Shown here: positions 36,831 to 48,949 of the stretch, piece by piece
Layout: every line of letters starts with the position of its first letter
How positions within the stretch are numbered: the stretch's first letter is position 1
NCBI GenBank assembly: GCA_036172245.1
Contig: JAYWIR010000015.1
Location: forward strand, 186,001 to 250,000
Direction of reading: 5' to 3'
Length of the DNA: 64,000 nt
Origin: Raillietiella orientalis
Lineage: Eukaryota
Position numbers and translations under genes: made by a program
Notes under the pieces: generated by a model
What the model saw: only the letters and a program-made list of their open reading frames with translations
Database searches by the model: none
Told to the model about the DNA's origin: nothing

Positions 36831-39139
36831 AAATGCACTTCGCAGACTCTTTGCAAATGAGCGAATAATCCTGCAAGTCTTCGAGAACTATTTTTTTTTT
36901 TGTTTTTTACCTTAAAAAAAACTCCTTTCCAACGAAACTGAGCGCTAAGAGCTATGGATGCTGCCTGCTCTTGCAGTTTGAAGTCCCAAGTTCGAAAGGC
37001 TTTTACTCCTATTGAGTTACATCACTCCATTTTCATCTGCGTCCTACGTGTTATTCATTCCTGAATTATTCACTCACTTCCTAGAAATTCACATTTCTGA
37101 TGCCCGTTCTGATATTTCAGGAAATGTGAAGGATGCGATGGGAATTCCTCAAGCCGTTAAGGCCTGTCTTCCTTATTTTATCATTCCTTTCGGAATTCAT
37201 TCAAGGCGTTTATGTTTCTTTCTTTTTTCTTTTTCTTTTCTATTTTTTTTAACGATGCGTTTTCCTTGAGTAGCTTTTGGCAAGATTAAGCACTCTGCAA
37301 ATCTTTTTTCCTTTTTTTGGAGCCACCTTTTTTCTTTTTGTTTTTATCCAAAATGAGCATCCGATTGAAGTCGCTTAATTTGTTTTGCCTTTTCAAAACT
37401 GTTTTCGTTCGCTGCCTCCTCTCTGCTCACAAGTTTTGGAATTTGCTGCATCGCGCTCGATGTCTGATCTTCTGAAAGCAGTTTGATTGCAGGCATCCCA
37501 CAAGACTGCACCTTGTTCACTGCATATAGATGTACCAAGTCAGAGACATGTATTCAGAAGTATTCGATGATGAGATGATGCGGAATCATTAAGGAAATAA
37601 CGACAAAGTGCCTACACTTTGTCGTTATTTCAGAAAAAGTTCATAGATCTCATAGTTAATCTACGCATTTGGATGCACGATATGTGTGTGCATGTGCTAT
37701 TTATGCATATTTGATTATGTGCCCACCTTTGAATCAAGCAGACATGCACTGAAAAAGTCATTATTTTTTTGCGATTGTATACTCGAATAATTTGGTACAT
37801 TTCAAACTATTGCTAAGGTATGAAATTACACAAATTTTCACAGAGTGTTTAACTGCCTAACAAGATGGCGTGCAGTGTTTTCCATGTGTTTTTGGGTCTG
37901 TTGGATTGCATGGGAGTGTTGCAGCGTTGTCATCCCATGTGGCTTATTAGGTGCAACGCACGTCACCTGATGCAATCCGAGCACTTCGGAAATTGCAACT
38001 CCTTAGAACGGACGTCACGAGGAAACGAGTCATTGTACACATACCCATAGAGACGGAAAGATACAAAGACGTATGGAGATTCCATCCTGAGAAATGACTG
38101 GATTTCGAAGTCAAAGATCGCTCGTATCTGAAGAATCGCGGAGTCGGAGAGAAATCAACGAATTCGACGAGCACGGAGTCGATACTTCACCGAGCGAGGT
38201 GAGTTCTTCCGGGGTGGCGGTCCACGTGCAGCAGCCGCAAGTGGAATCTACAAGAACACGCTTGAACAGGTTGATCGGCAAGTCGTCCCTTCTTATTTGT
38301 GCGTCTTCTCGTTTAAGTCGCGTGTTCCGCAGAGATCATTTTACCGGGTAAGAAATGCAGCGGCTGGCGTGCCTGCTTTTGGAAGCTGGGCTGAGTAAAG
38401 ACGCAACAGTAATTGGCTCATGCACCAGTGGCTTCTGAGGAGCAACCAGATCAGTAAACATTCCCCGAAACATTCATTCCCACAGCAGAAGAAACTGAAT
38501 ATTTCTCAGAAACAATTTCCAAATCGTAGGACTCTAGAGCAATGGATCAGAATGATCTGGCGGTCCCAAGCTTTCCTTGCAAGTTATTCTCCAATTGAAA
38601 GAAAGAGAATCCAAAAGTCATGGAGTAATTAATGGCCATTAGGATTTCGAAGGAATCACGTTTTTTTTTTGTTTTTGTTTTTTTATTACTTTTCTTTGAA
38701 AATGCACCAAGACGTTCTGCAGGCCAAAATCTGCAAATGCCACTAGGATTACCTAGTGGGGTTTCCTCCTTTAAATGTCTCTTTTGCAACTGCAGGCGAA
38801 TTAAAAGTGCTGTTGTGATGCCACGAAATCAAGAAAGAGAACGGACTGAGAGCTCCCTGTCCCTACAGAACCATTGAAACCTATCTGGGGACGAAATATT
38901 CACTTGCAGGACTTCGTTCAGTGAAACTGTTTAAATTTAAAGTTTCCTCGTTTCACAGCGATCTCCAGTTGCAAATTCCCAATTAGGAGCTCATCTCCGA
39001 TTACTTGTCTCGTTTCTACCCAATCAATTTAATTCATCATGAAATCAATTAAATAATTAATTGATTTGGAGATTCCGATCCAATTTGATGGGCTGCGGGG
39101 CTGACTGGAGTTCTTATGGAGACTGAAATGCAGCCCCAA

Positions 39140-40700
39140 AATTATAATTCTTTCACACACAAGTGATTGACATCAGCGAGACTGACATTTCTGATAAAAG
39201 TGTCGGTGTTGATTCTTTTGTTCTTCGAGATGCCATGCGCCAGGGTTACCAGTTTCAGCAAAAAACCTTGGATCGGCACCTTGAATCTTTCGTGAACTGG
39301 AAGTCTGGAGCTCTTCCGGAAAGTGCATTCCCTTACCAAGAACTCCAGCGTTTCTGTGGTTCGGTTTCCGGAGTCTGGACGTGGCTGTCCGTGTGCTTCC
39401 TCTCCTATATTTCATATTCAACGACGTAAGATCATCAGCAGTGCTGAGCTTCCGGATTTTCGAAACTGATTCCTGGACCAGACCTTGATTCCGCTCACGA
39501 AGATCATTTATTAAATTTCTGGTTCATGCTAACGAAATTCATTATTCCTCTACTCAATTTCCTCTTGTCTGATTTTGGTTTGGTAGAGGAAGTGCTCGCT
39601 TCTTCATTGTAGGCTTTTTCCGCTTATCAGTCAGTTCGGGGACAGTTTGAGCAATTGAAAAGAAAATTCACTCCTACTACAGTTCTCGAGCTACTTAAAG
39701 GCTTTTCAATTGCTGATTCCACCTCCATCTTCAAAATGTAATGAAGAAACTGCTTTTGGAGAAAACAAGGGAGGAATTGAATCCACCGAAGGCAAAAAGC
39801 AATATGCTGAAGGATATTGCCCCGGAATAAGTTTGCCTTTTTTTTGTAGTGTGGGTTCCAAAGAGGTGCTGCCATTAGCGGAATCACCAGTCAGATATAT
39901 AAATTGAGGCAGGGGCACCCTCGACGAAGGTTAAATTCTCTTCCACGTGAGATGGGAAGCTGATCAAACCTCCAACGTTTCCTCCAGTCTTGTGAAATTG
40001 GCACTGGCGAAGTCCACACGCGGAATTCTTTGCAGTCCACATTTTCCACGGGGGTCGCGATCTGTGCTGTTTCTGGAGATGTTTTCGCACCGAGTAGCCA
40101 TCGCGAAGTGATGGTGGTAGATTTTTTTTTTTTTTTCTTCCTGCTGATTCCAATCCATCGCACACTTCGAAAAAATGACGCGAAGGAGGAAAAAAAAAAA
40201 AAGGAGAAAGAAAAAGAAATTTCGAAGTGCGTGCACCGTCGAGTTCTGCGATCAGACAGTCACTCGTTTGCCGAAAAACTCTGTTCTTGGGATCACGGAT
40301 GCTTCGTTAGCTGCATCACAATGCTGCTGGATTATTCTCAGATCCCGCTCGAATTTTCCGCTACAGCAGTTCTCGTAATCTTGCGAGAGCTTATTTCTGG
40401 CAAAAGCATATCGAGCAAATTTTTTTTTGAAGAGAAGCTCATTAAGAAAAGGCTCTCGATAGCAACATGCTTCTGCATGTAGCGGTCTGTCAACTTTGCA
40501 GTAATGCTGGTTAATGGCTGCCGACCATCTTCCTGTCTCCGTTCGGCATCTGGAGGGGAGCGTTCATCTCCTGCGTCTTGCATCCCTCTCCATGCTGAGT
40601 CGGAACACTGTTGTCAACTGCTGCAATGCCACTGGCATCCGGTAGGGCATCATCTAACTGTTCTCAGCAGGTGCAAAGCACGATGAATTCCTGGCTACTT
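39140..40700 (-). mobile_element. Decayed hAT-like transposase
   Basis: VLCTC..SGIAAV..TQH (BED-like), DMLLPEISSRKITRT, ANFTRLEETL..LTWKRI, EKPLSS, KLVTLAHGIS (dimerisation-domain-like). Confidence 0.4.
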
Positions 40701-41949
40701 TCCGATCTTTGCGAATGGATCCTTTTTTCTCACGTCACTCCGAACCACTCCTTGGAGCGAGCACTTTTTGGTCTCTTTTCTCTCTCTCGGAAACGAATTG
40801 CAGTACTCTTTTGCCAAAATCTTCGAATAGCATTTCTCAGCACCCAGAGTCTCAATGATCTCATTCTTTCGGTGGCGCTCATTTCCACTTCTTCTAAGGA
40901 ACCATTATGCATTCTCTTTTTGCTATTTTCCAAGACATTTGCAGGGATTCGTTCGATTCCCTTGTTATGTGGATGATATTTCGGCGGTTTCTCGTTCCAC
41001 ACAAAGTGCTGTTAACGAAAAATCTCTTTTTTTGAATTCCCAGGGATGAATTATAATATCCTGACAAATGTGATTCCACAGACTGGTAAAAAAGGAACCC
41101 CTCAACAGCCCAGTGCATGCGTGATCCGAAGGGGCATGACATGGTTACTGCTGAAGCACTTGCGAGCCCCGTGTCTTCGGAGTTAGGTTTGAATGTCTTC
41201 CACGATCTTCAGGCTCAAGAGGCTGACCTCACTCTAAAGGGGTCTTACTCCTGATGGAAATGGGAATTCCCAAGCATTCTAAAACTCTGAACGGAACCTG
41301 GAAGCCCGTGAGACCAGGGCAGGGTGCTTCATGAGCGAATCACCACCTCCGTCTCAGAGATAAAGTCAGAAAGAGCAAGACAGGCAAAAAGCACTTGGAG
41401 AAGGAACGACTTTTTTTCCGAACGCTGCTCCTGCGTGTAGCTGGAGAAAAAATTGCCAAAGACCTGAAGTGATGAATGAACGCCGTCTTCCTCACTATGG
41501 AGAATGTCTTCGTGATTCCTAAACGACGAGGAAACCGCATACAGAGGGCATAGAGGCTGAACTTCAGCACGATCGATCGCGTATGCATTACTCCTCAATG
41601 CAAGGCCTGGCAAAGTTGTCTATTTGTCTCTGGATGAATGAGCAGTATAATTAGTCTTTTTCCATTACAGCCAATCAAGATAGTAGGTTCTCCGTGTTTC
41701 CTCCTCGAAATTTTTATGCATGAATCTATTACCGAGTGCCTCCTTCTAAAAGACGAAGGCGGCTTACTTATTATAAGGAAAGTACTGATGAAAACATGAA
41801 GGATAATTAATACGTGAGGGAATCTCCAGCAGTAAAGCTCAGAAACACAGAAACCTCTCACAACGTGGATCTGAAAGAGCTTGCATCACCCCCACATCCT
41901 GGTCGTCGTTGCTTTGATTTTTGCCTCCTGTTAGTCACAGCTACAAGCT

Positions 41950-43400
41950 CGTTTCATGCTTGCTGCATGCGTTTGCACGGATTTCGGGATGGAAGCGGTT
42001 CCTTTGTCATCAGGATGAAGCAGATAAATGAATGAAGGCTGCCAAAAGGGAGTTCTTTGTTCATTAAGTAGATGCGATCAAAAGTCAACGCTGATTGGAT
42101 CATTCCAAAATGTTCGAAGGACAAGAGGAGTAGCTTATGGGAACACCGCTTCGCATCCATTCTTCCGGAACAAGCAGATTTTGGGTGTTGCTGTAAAACT
42201 CAGGAAGACAGGAAGCAGTTTTTTGAGTGCGGAGTAGGACATCAACGGAAGGACCAGTTGGTGCGCACAAGAGGACAGACGAACCTGGAAGTCCTGGGAG
42301 TCCTCTGTTGCATGAAGAATTCGAGAGAACGTAAACGGGCTGTAGCGCATTGGAGATGCAGTTTCATCTGAATGTCCTGTTTATGCAGGATAAATAATCA
42401 CAGCAAGGCGTTGGTCTTCCGATCCGTTTGAGGGAAAGAAAACGGAGCAGCCAAACCGTGGCAGGATGGACCAAGGGGGAGGCGTTTACAAAGCCGAGTT
42501 TGATTCATTCAGACAAGAAAATTGCAGCATTCGAATTGGGAGCGAGAATAGGCATCCATTCGACGAACAAGGATTCCATGGAGCAGAATCAATTCGTTTT
42601 CTTTGATATCCATGAATGCGCTTTCATGTGCCGCTGATACGAAATCTCGGGATGAGATGAGAATGCCAGAACCCGATTCTCTTTTCCATCTCGGATGCTT
42701 GCGGAGAGGCATCAAGCAGAATCACGTTCTCACGATTAAGAATTCTTATTCCTCTAATTGGCAAATTTGTGAGAACAGTGATGGAGCAAGCATTCGGGAC
42801 TGCGGCTGTTGCCACGCTGTCGACTCTCTTCGTAGGCAATTTTCACTGTTCCTGGAAAGCACGGCACTGCTGATCCTTGGAGATTGGCTGGACTATTGCT
42901 ATTGATTAAAATTCCTGCCTAGTCGCTGGATGATTTCGCGAATCCTCGTGGAAAGTTCCAGAGCAGTTGGATTCCAAGGGACTTCACTAGCCGCAGAGAG
43001 TGCTGTTTCTTCTCCCGAAAGTACTCATTTCCCTGGTTTATTTATTGGAAATGAATGCGCGATCCTCCCCACCCCACCCCTCCTTTTTTTTCTTCATTTC
43101 ATTTCATTTCCGAAGGAAAAAAAAAAGAGAGAAAGCTTCCTCTATTTTTTTATGATCCTCATTTTTGATTCGCATTCGCACTTGTGCAAACAGGCTCCTG
43201 CGTCTGGGAAGAATCCTACAGATTGAGAAACCAATTAAGTCGTGCATGCCTTTGGAAGGAAGGGATTGGCGAGGAAGGTGTGCCCGGGAAAGGTGCATCT
43301 GGTTTCATCCGAGAGTGTGGTGAATGTGGATGCTGCCTTCGCTGCCGAGTGGACCCGCCTTGGCCGATCTCTCTCTCCGCAACTTTTTAACAAATTTCAT
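41950..43400 (+). mobile_element. Decayed CR1-type LINE reverse transcriptase
   Basis: DWIIPKCSKD..HRFASILP, VAGWTKG, CAADTK (FADDTK) ..LGCLRR..QNHV, LGDWLD..LKF..SRAVGF, LPSLP..ADL. Confidence 0.6.
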
Positions 43401-43549
43401 CCCCTCCCGTCCCGAAAAGCACGGAAATTCATAAGTTGTTTTCACTTTAATTCGGCGAATGACTGAGATAGAAGAAAGGAGGGATGGAATTTAATTAGAC
43501 AGTAAGTCTGGAAGCAAATGCAAATTCATGGAAAGAATTATGCATATTA

Positions 43550-46500
43550 CTTCCTCGGTATTAGCATATCCGAGGATACTCTCAGGAAGAAGTCGACACA
43601 TCTTCAAGGGGACATATGGCACCCCAGCTCTCTTTCATGCTTTGTTTTTGATTTCTGATGTTCGCGGACAAAATTCCGCTCAAGTGAGAGGAAAGGATAG
43701 AGGGAACTTACTGCAGAGTGAAGCGTGAGGATGACGGAAATGCTGGCAAGAGCTCTCTTGTAGTGACTCTGAGCCTTCGCAAAACGACATTGGTGTTGTC
43801 CTCGATCTATTTTAAGCGCCTCCGGCCACCCGATTACTTTTCCTACAGATTTTCCCGGGTTGGTAACATCCCCCGAACACCTTCTGCACGCCGACAAAAC
43901 TTAGAAAGGCCGCCGAGAAAGCAGTCCTCCGTCTCAGTAGGTGGTTCCTTCTCTGAAATGAGGAAGGACTTGACCTCACATTCTCCTGAGAAAACCTTGC
44001 ATTCTAACTCTCATCTCCGCGAAGAATATTCTGGCCTACGCCATCTTCTTCTGAGGGATGTCGTGATATTTGTACCTGGTTTCCATCATCCAGAATTCTT
44101 CCTGAAGTGGCGAATCGGGAAGATTCGTCACTGCACGGTATTTCGTGTCGGTACTGCCGTGTGCAGCAGAACAAGTGAGGGGAATTGATCCACCGACAAA
44201 ACTCATTCTCCTCGGCATTTTTAAGGGCTTTCGAGTGTCATCATCAGCCTTCGTTGTCACACGTGATATGGGCGAGCTCGGAGATGCAGTTCCGGCTTGA
44301 AAATTCCGTCCCTCATCGAATGCCTTCTCTCGTTCAGGAAATCCATCTACGATTCTGATGGCTTCCTTTAAATCTTTCGACATAAACACCTGCTCTACGG
44401 TGCACAGAAGATGCATGCACAAAGTCGACACGAACTCCAAACTCGAAAGTGCTCACCGGTTTCTTTGGAAGGAGAGCAGATACTACAGGTAGCACGGCAA
44501 TTAACAAAATAAGGAACAGAAACCTTTTCCACAGAAGAACTGCTCCATGGCAGCAACACTTTCTCGCTACTTTTTGCCTGGAGCATGGGCACCTCGCATA
44601 GAGAAGTTCAAGGTCAGGATGCATTTATCTTCCGGTATCTCGAAAATCATTCCGATTCGGATGCTGAGAATCCAATTCCCGTAAGTGGGATCGAGAATGC
44701 TTTCCTTTGATTCTGAAATCTTATTGTTTTAAACAAGTTTCATCTCCCTAGGAGTATTCTGCTCGCAAAGAAATGCCAATTCCTTGGAGGAACACTTCAC
44801 GTCGTTTTTAGGTGTGACCATGCACAGAGCATTAAGCATCGTCCAGCTAGAGTACCAGAGGAAACCGTTTCCTGAAAAACGCTTCTCCGTCCCCTCGGTC
44901 CAGCGAAAGATGGAAACAAATTTCTTTGACCTCCGCGTTTTTCGATTCTGTCGGGGATTTTGATTTCTTTAGACAAAGAACTAACTCCATGGCTTTTCGT
45001 CCGCTACATTGATTACGTACAAAACCAAATTCACTAAGATCCACGGAAACAGTTCTGGCTAATTGCAGGTTGCCGTACTTTCTACCACAGTTTCCTCACG
45101 ATCCAGAACAGAATAGAAGAGCTCGAAAATTTTTGGTGGACCAAAGCTCTCTGCGCCAATTTCCATTTTCATTTCTGGAAAAAATTTGGGAGAATAGCTT
45201 CCGGGTCTCATCAGGCTGTATGCACTCGCTGAGAGACAGATTACAATTAACACCTTATTCATCTTTCTTCTAAGCTCGTGCCAGTGAAATTTTGTGCTCT
45301 CTCGATTTCGTACGAGAGGTTCCCGGTGTGTCTTCCCGATCCCTTGCTTAGCATCGTATTTTTTTTTCATTGGTAGTTGCGTGACGTCTTGGCCTCAGAC
45401 GGCCCTTTCGGAAAGCACGTTCTTCACAAAGCTTCCTCAACATAGAAGAAAGTGATGCCTTTCCAGTCAAACATGCCAGCATGTGTCCGTCTTGCCTGTT
45501 TCCATGACTTCGGGTTTCAAAATCGCAGATCTCCGTTCCTAATGAAATCTGCTCGTGGAAGTTCTTTGCTGATCATTTGTGTACAGTTCTTTCCAAGGTT
45601 AATTCGATCTTGACATCAATGCCTGCAGATATCAATAAATAGTTACGTCTGTCAATAGATCTGATGCAGATTTCTTCCTTCCACTCAAGAATCGCTGCTC
45701 GAAGCTGCATTCCTGGGCACATTTTTCCGCTCCCATGAGAAGCTTTCTTGAGCACATAGCGGCAAATGTAAAGAACCTCTAAAGTGAAAGGAAATCCTTC
45801 TATGACCTGCTAGAGTGAGCAGTGGTTCATCTTTCTTCCCTGAAGATTAGGAAGCAACTTGTGTTTGATGTGAAAATGCAAGCACTGAAGCTGCTTTTGA
45901 AACGATCCCACGTGATGTCGGAAACGCTTCTTCCTTATCGTGCGGTGTTCTGGAAGCTTCGTTCCCCATTAAAACTTCCGCCAATTTCTCTTCTAGCCGT
46001 TCGACCAAAACTCGCCAAACTGTCGTTGGTTTGGTACCTGCTAAACGACCGAGAGTGAAATCAGGAAGTGTCTTGGCTGGACGGTGAGCACATTCAGCGG
46101 CTCCTGCGGTTTCATCTCTTGGCTTTCCTTTAAAATCGATACTTTTCCTCTCGACGAGTTCGAGCAGCAATGCAAACCACGAAGCAGCCACGAAGAAAAG
46201 GGAGACATGAGTGGGAGCCAGTGGTTGAAAACGACCAGAAGCGTGCGGGTTCCTCGGAAGGTAACTGAACAGTGCACCGAGTGGACGTCGAGTGAAATTA
46301 AGAAGCAAACCGGGGCGAAAATGAATTGGGAGCGTAGGGGCTGCAAACAGTGGTGCGAGTCTCTCCCACCCGTTTGCGGGCGTCCACCATTCGTTTGCAC
46401 GAAAGACGAGAAAGCTCCATCACGCAGCTAATGATAGGCGCCGTCTGAACGAATTCGGAGTTCCATCTGTGAAAAGGAGAGAGAGAGAAAAAATATTGCA

Positions 46501-47450
46501 AGAAAAAATGGAAAATTAGGAAGGGAATTTCCATTTTGGAGGAGGATCGCAATTTGCTGACAATCTCCTGTTAATTATTCTGAGGGATGCTTGATCATAA
46601 CGCTTTTTCCCTCGTGAGATGCACTCGTACCATCGGAAGGTTCCCTCTGTGTTTCGTGCTGCGATCGTGGGGACATCGCACTTCTTGCGGGAATTTATTA
46701 GTGGAAGAGCACGCCGACCAGTATGGGGGAAATCTTTTTTCATTCCTAGTGAAACTACATGGGGCTGGAGGCAGGAACCTCTTCCTTGCACTCACCGTAC
46801 ACGTCCTTCTGTTTGGGTAAACATCGAAAAAGTCCGGAACTCAATAACTTCTTTTCGCGTTGGAGTTATTGCGCAGTTCCCACTGTGCTGAGTGTCTCTC
46901 AGAAGCCTTTCATAAAGAAAGGTTAGTGTAGCTCTCGTGCCCGACAAAGGTCCTTTCCAAGCTGCTGGTCAGAGAAACCGCTCGTTAAAATGGTCGGAAT
47001 CTCTGTTTCGCTTGAGGAACGAAATGGTTTCTAGATGAGAGTGCCTGGCGGTGATACACAAACGAGTATGGTTCGTTTTAATGGCATCCGAAGATTCGAC
47101 GGGAGTCGGTGTTCCTGATGAGGGATGAGAAGCGTAGTAGGAAACTGCTCTAGCAGTGATGGCAGGCGCCGAACCTCGCCAAAGATGTCGGCAGTGGGAA
47201 AAGACCTGCGGTGAATAGCAATGGCGTGTCATTTCCAGTAGACCAGTGAGGGGAGATGGAAATTCTTGTAAGGGTAAAGGAACGAGGCGCCTGAACATCG
47301 GGAGGGGGGGGGGAGAGAAATTTTCCCCACTGCCAATACAACCCAGCTCCCCCGTTCTCTCATCTCTGAATTGCTTCCGCAGCGACGGAAATCCCCCATA
47401 ATCTATGTCGACGGTCATGATCATAATCTACATGTTTTCGTGGTCCTAGC
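43550..47450 (-). mobile_element. Decayed LINE (endonuclease about 46000-46780, RT about 43600-44620, putative gag-like ORF1 about 47000-47450)
   Basis: TLLVVFNH (GDFN), KFHWHEL, FELFYSV, LVLCLKKSKSP, IAVLPVVSALL, VSTL..EREKAFDE, IFFAE; RHCYSPQVFSHC is knuckle-like. Confidence 0.55.
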
Positions 47451-48949
47451 AACGTGGACCCCTTCTTACTCCTTTGGATCCTCATGATAGCAAATCAGCG
47501 ATCATCGTCCCAATGAGAGTCCCAAAAACCGAATTTTTCATAATCATGGCAGACCATGAAGACGCGCTGAACAATCGCCGGGAATTTCCCCCTCGTGGCA
47601 GCGCAACAACTCGAAAGGTAGTGCTCTGGAGCTCGCTTAATCCTGGGGGTATCGTATGTAGCAGGCCGGCTTCCCGAAAATTCTCGAAGATTGGCTGTAC
47701 GCGCTTCTGCTTAGACAGAAAGAACCCTCACCGAAAAGGAAACGCAGCCCTTGCCATATTTACAGCATCCTCATCAGCTACGAACTGCATCGGGAGAGCC
47801 ATCGAATTTCGCTTCTTCACGGGTCTTATTGGAATCCTGCTTAGAGAGGGCTCCTGAACCTGAAAGCGGAAATGAGGAGGAAAGGGGAAACGCGTTCTGA
47901 TGAAGGTAACCCAACTTTCTGTTGCACGATCCGATAAAAATTCCCTGTCTCAACGCAAAATGCATCCGCGAAAGCATTCTACTTGGAGGAGAGTGGGCGT
48001 AACCACGGAACGGATTGGGCGGACGGGCGAAGGCGGAAGGGGAGAGATGATCGAGGGATCCCTAAATGATCATGAAACTGGAAGACCGGCAGCAACGAAA
48101 GCAGGACGACGATCAACCTCCATGGAAAGGAGGCAACGAAAATGGGATGCTTTGGGGGAAGTGGCACGGATCACGAGCTCTCAGTCCTATGTTCGCCCCT
48201 TCGAGGCCACAAGGAGGCAAGGATGCTGGAAGCTGTTTGGAACAGTGGCTTTCTGCAAGACATTGCATGTATCGCTTTTGACGGTTCCCTGACGAACATC
48301 CCTCCTTACTCTGCTCTCAGGAGCTCAGAGCTCTACATAACCTCCTATTAAATACAGGTGATATGAAGAAACGGCTAGGGATAGAGACGGCCCATTTGCA
48401 TGCCCGTTCTCGCTTGAAATGCTTCGCTCATCTTCGATTCCAATGACTGCCAAGAAATTGACATCTCTCCGCTGTCTCTCGAGCCTCCGCTCGCCTTCAA
48501 AGAGAGAGATGCTGGCATAGCTAGGCAAAGCTTTGTTTTTCCCTTCGGTTGTTTTTGTGGTTGCTGAAAGAGCAGCTATTGAGATGGAGAATTTAAAAAA
48601 AGAGAAAAAAAAAGGAACGGCGGAGTTTTTCTAGGGAAGAACCAAGCTAGGTCACGTCAATCAAAGGACTAAGGAAGAGGGAGGAGAAGAGGAGGCGAAA
48701 TTGGACTAAGAAATTTGGTGGCTCTTTCACCCCTCTTTCTTGTTTCTCTTTTTCAGAGCTCGCCAGCTCCCGAGGAAGCCGTTCCATTTGTCCGCTGTGC
48801 GTTCCAAGCAAATATTCGTTCTTAGTTCGCTCCGAATGATTCTGCTAGGTCAGCTTCCGGCTTTTCGTGCTTCTCGGAGATTCATAATAACAAAGATGTT
48901 CCCTTCGCATTTGAGCTTCCAGTGCTCGCGACACAGGTGATCACCTGGG

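Noticed and set aside
37860..38880. Possible hAT/TTF zinc-finger remnant (GVQCFPCVFG)
   Set aside because: A single short motif with no supporting downstream motifs, so it is left unannotated.
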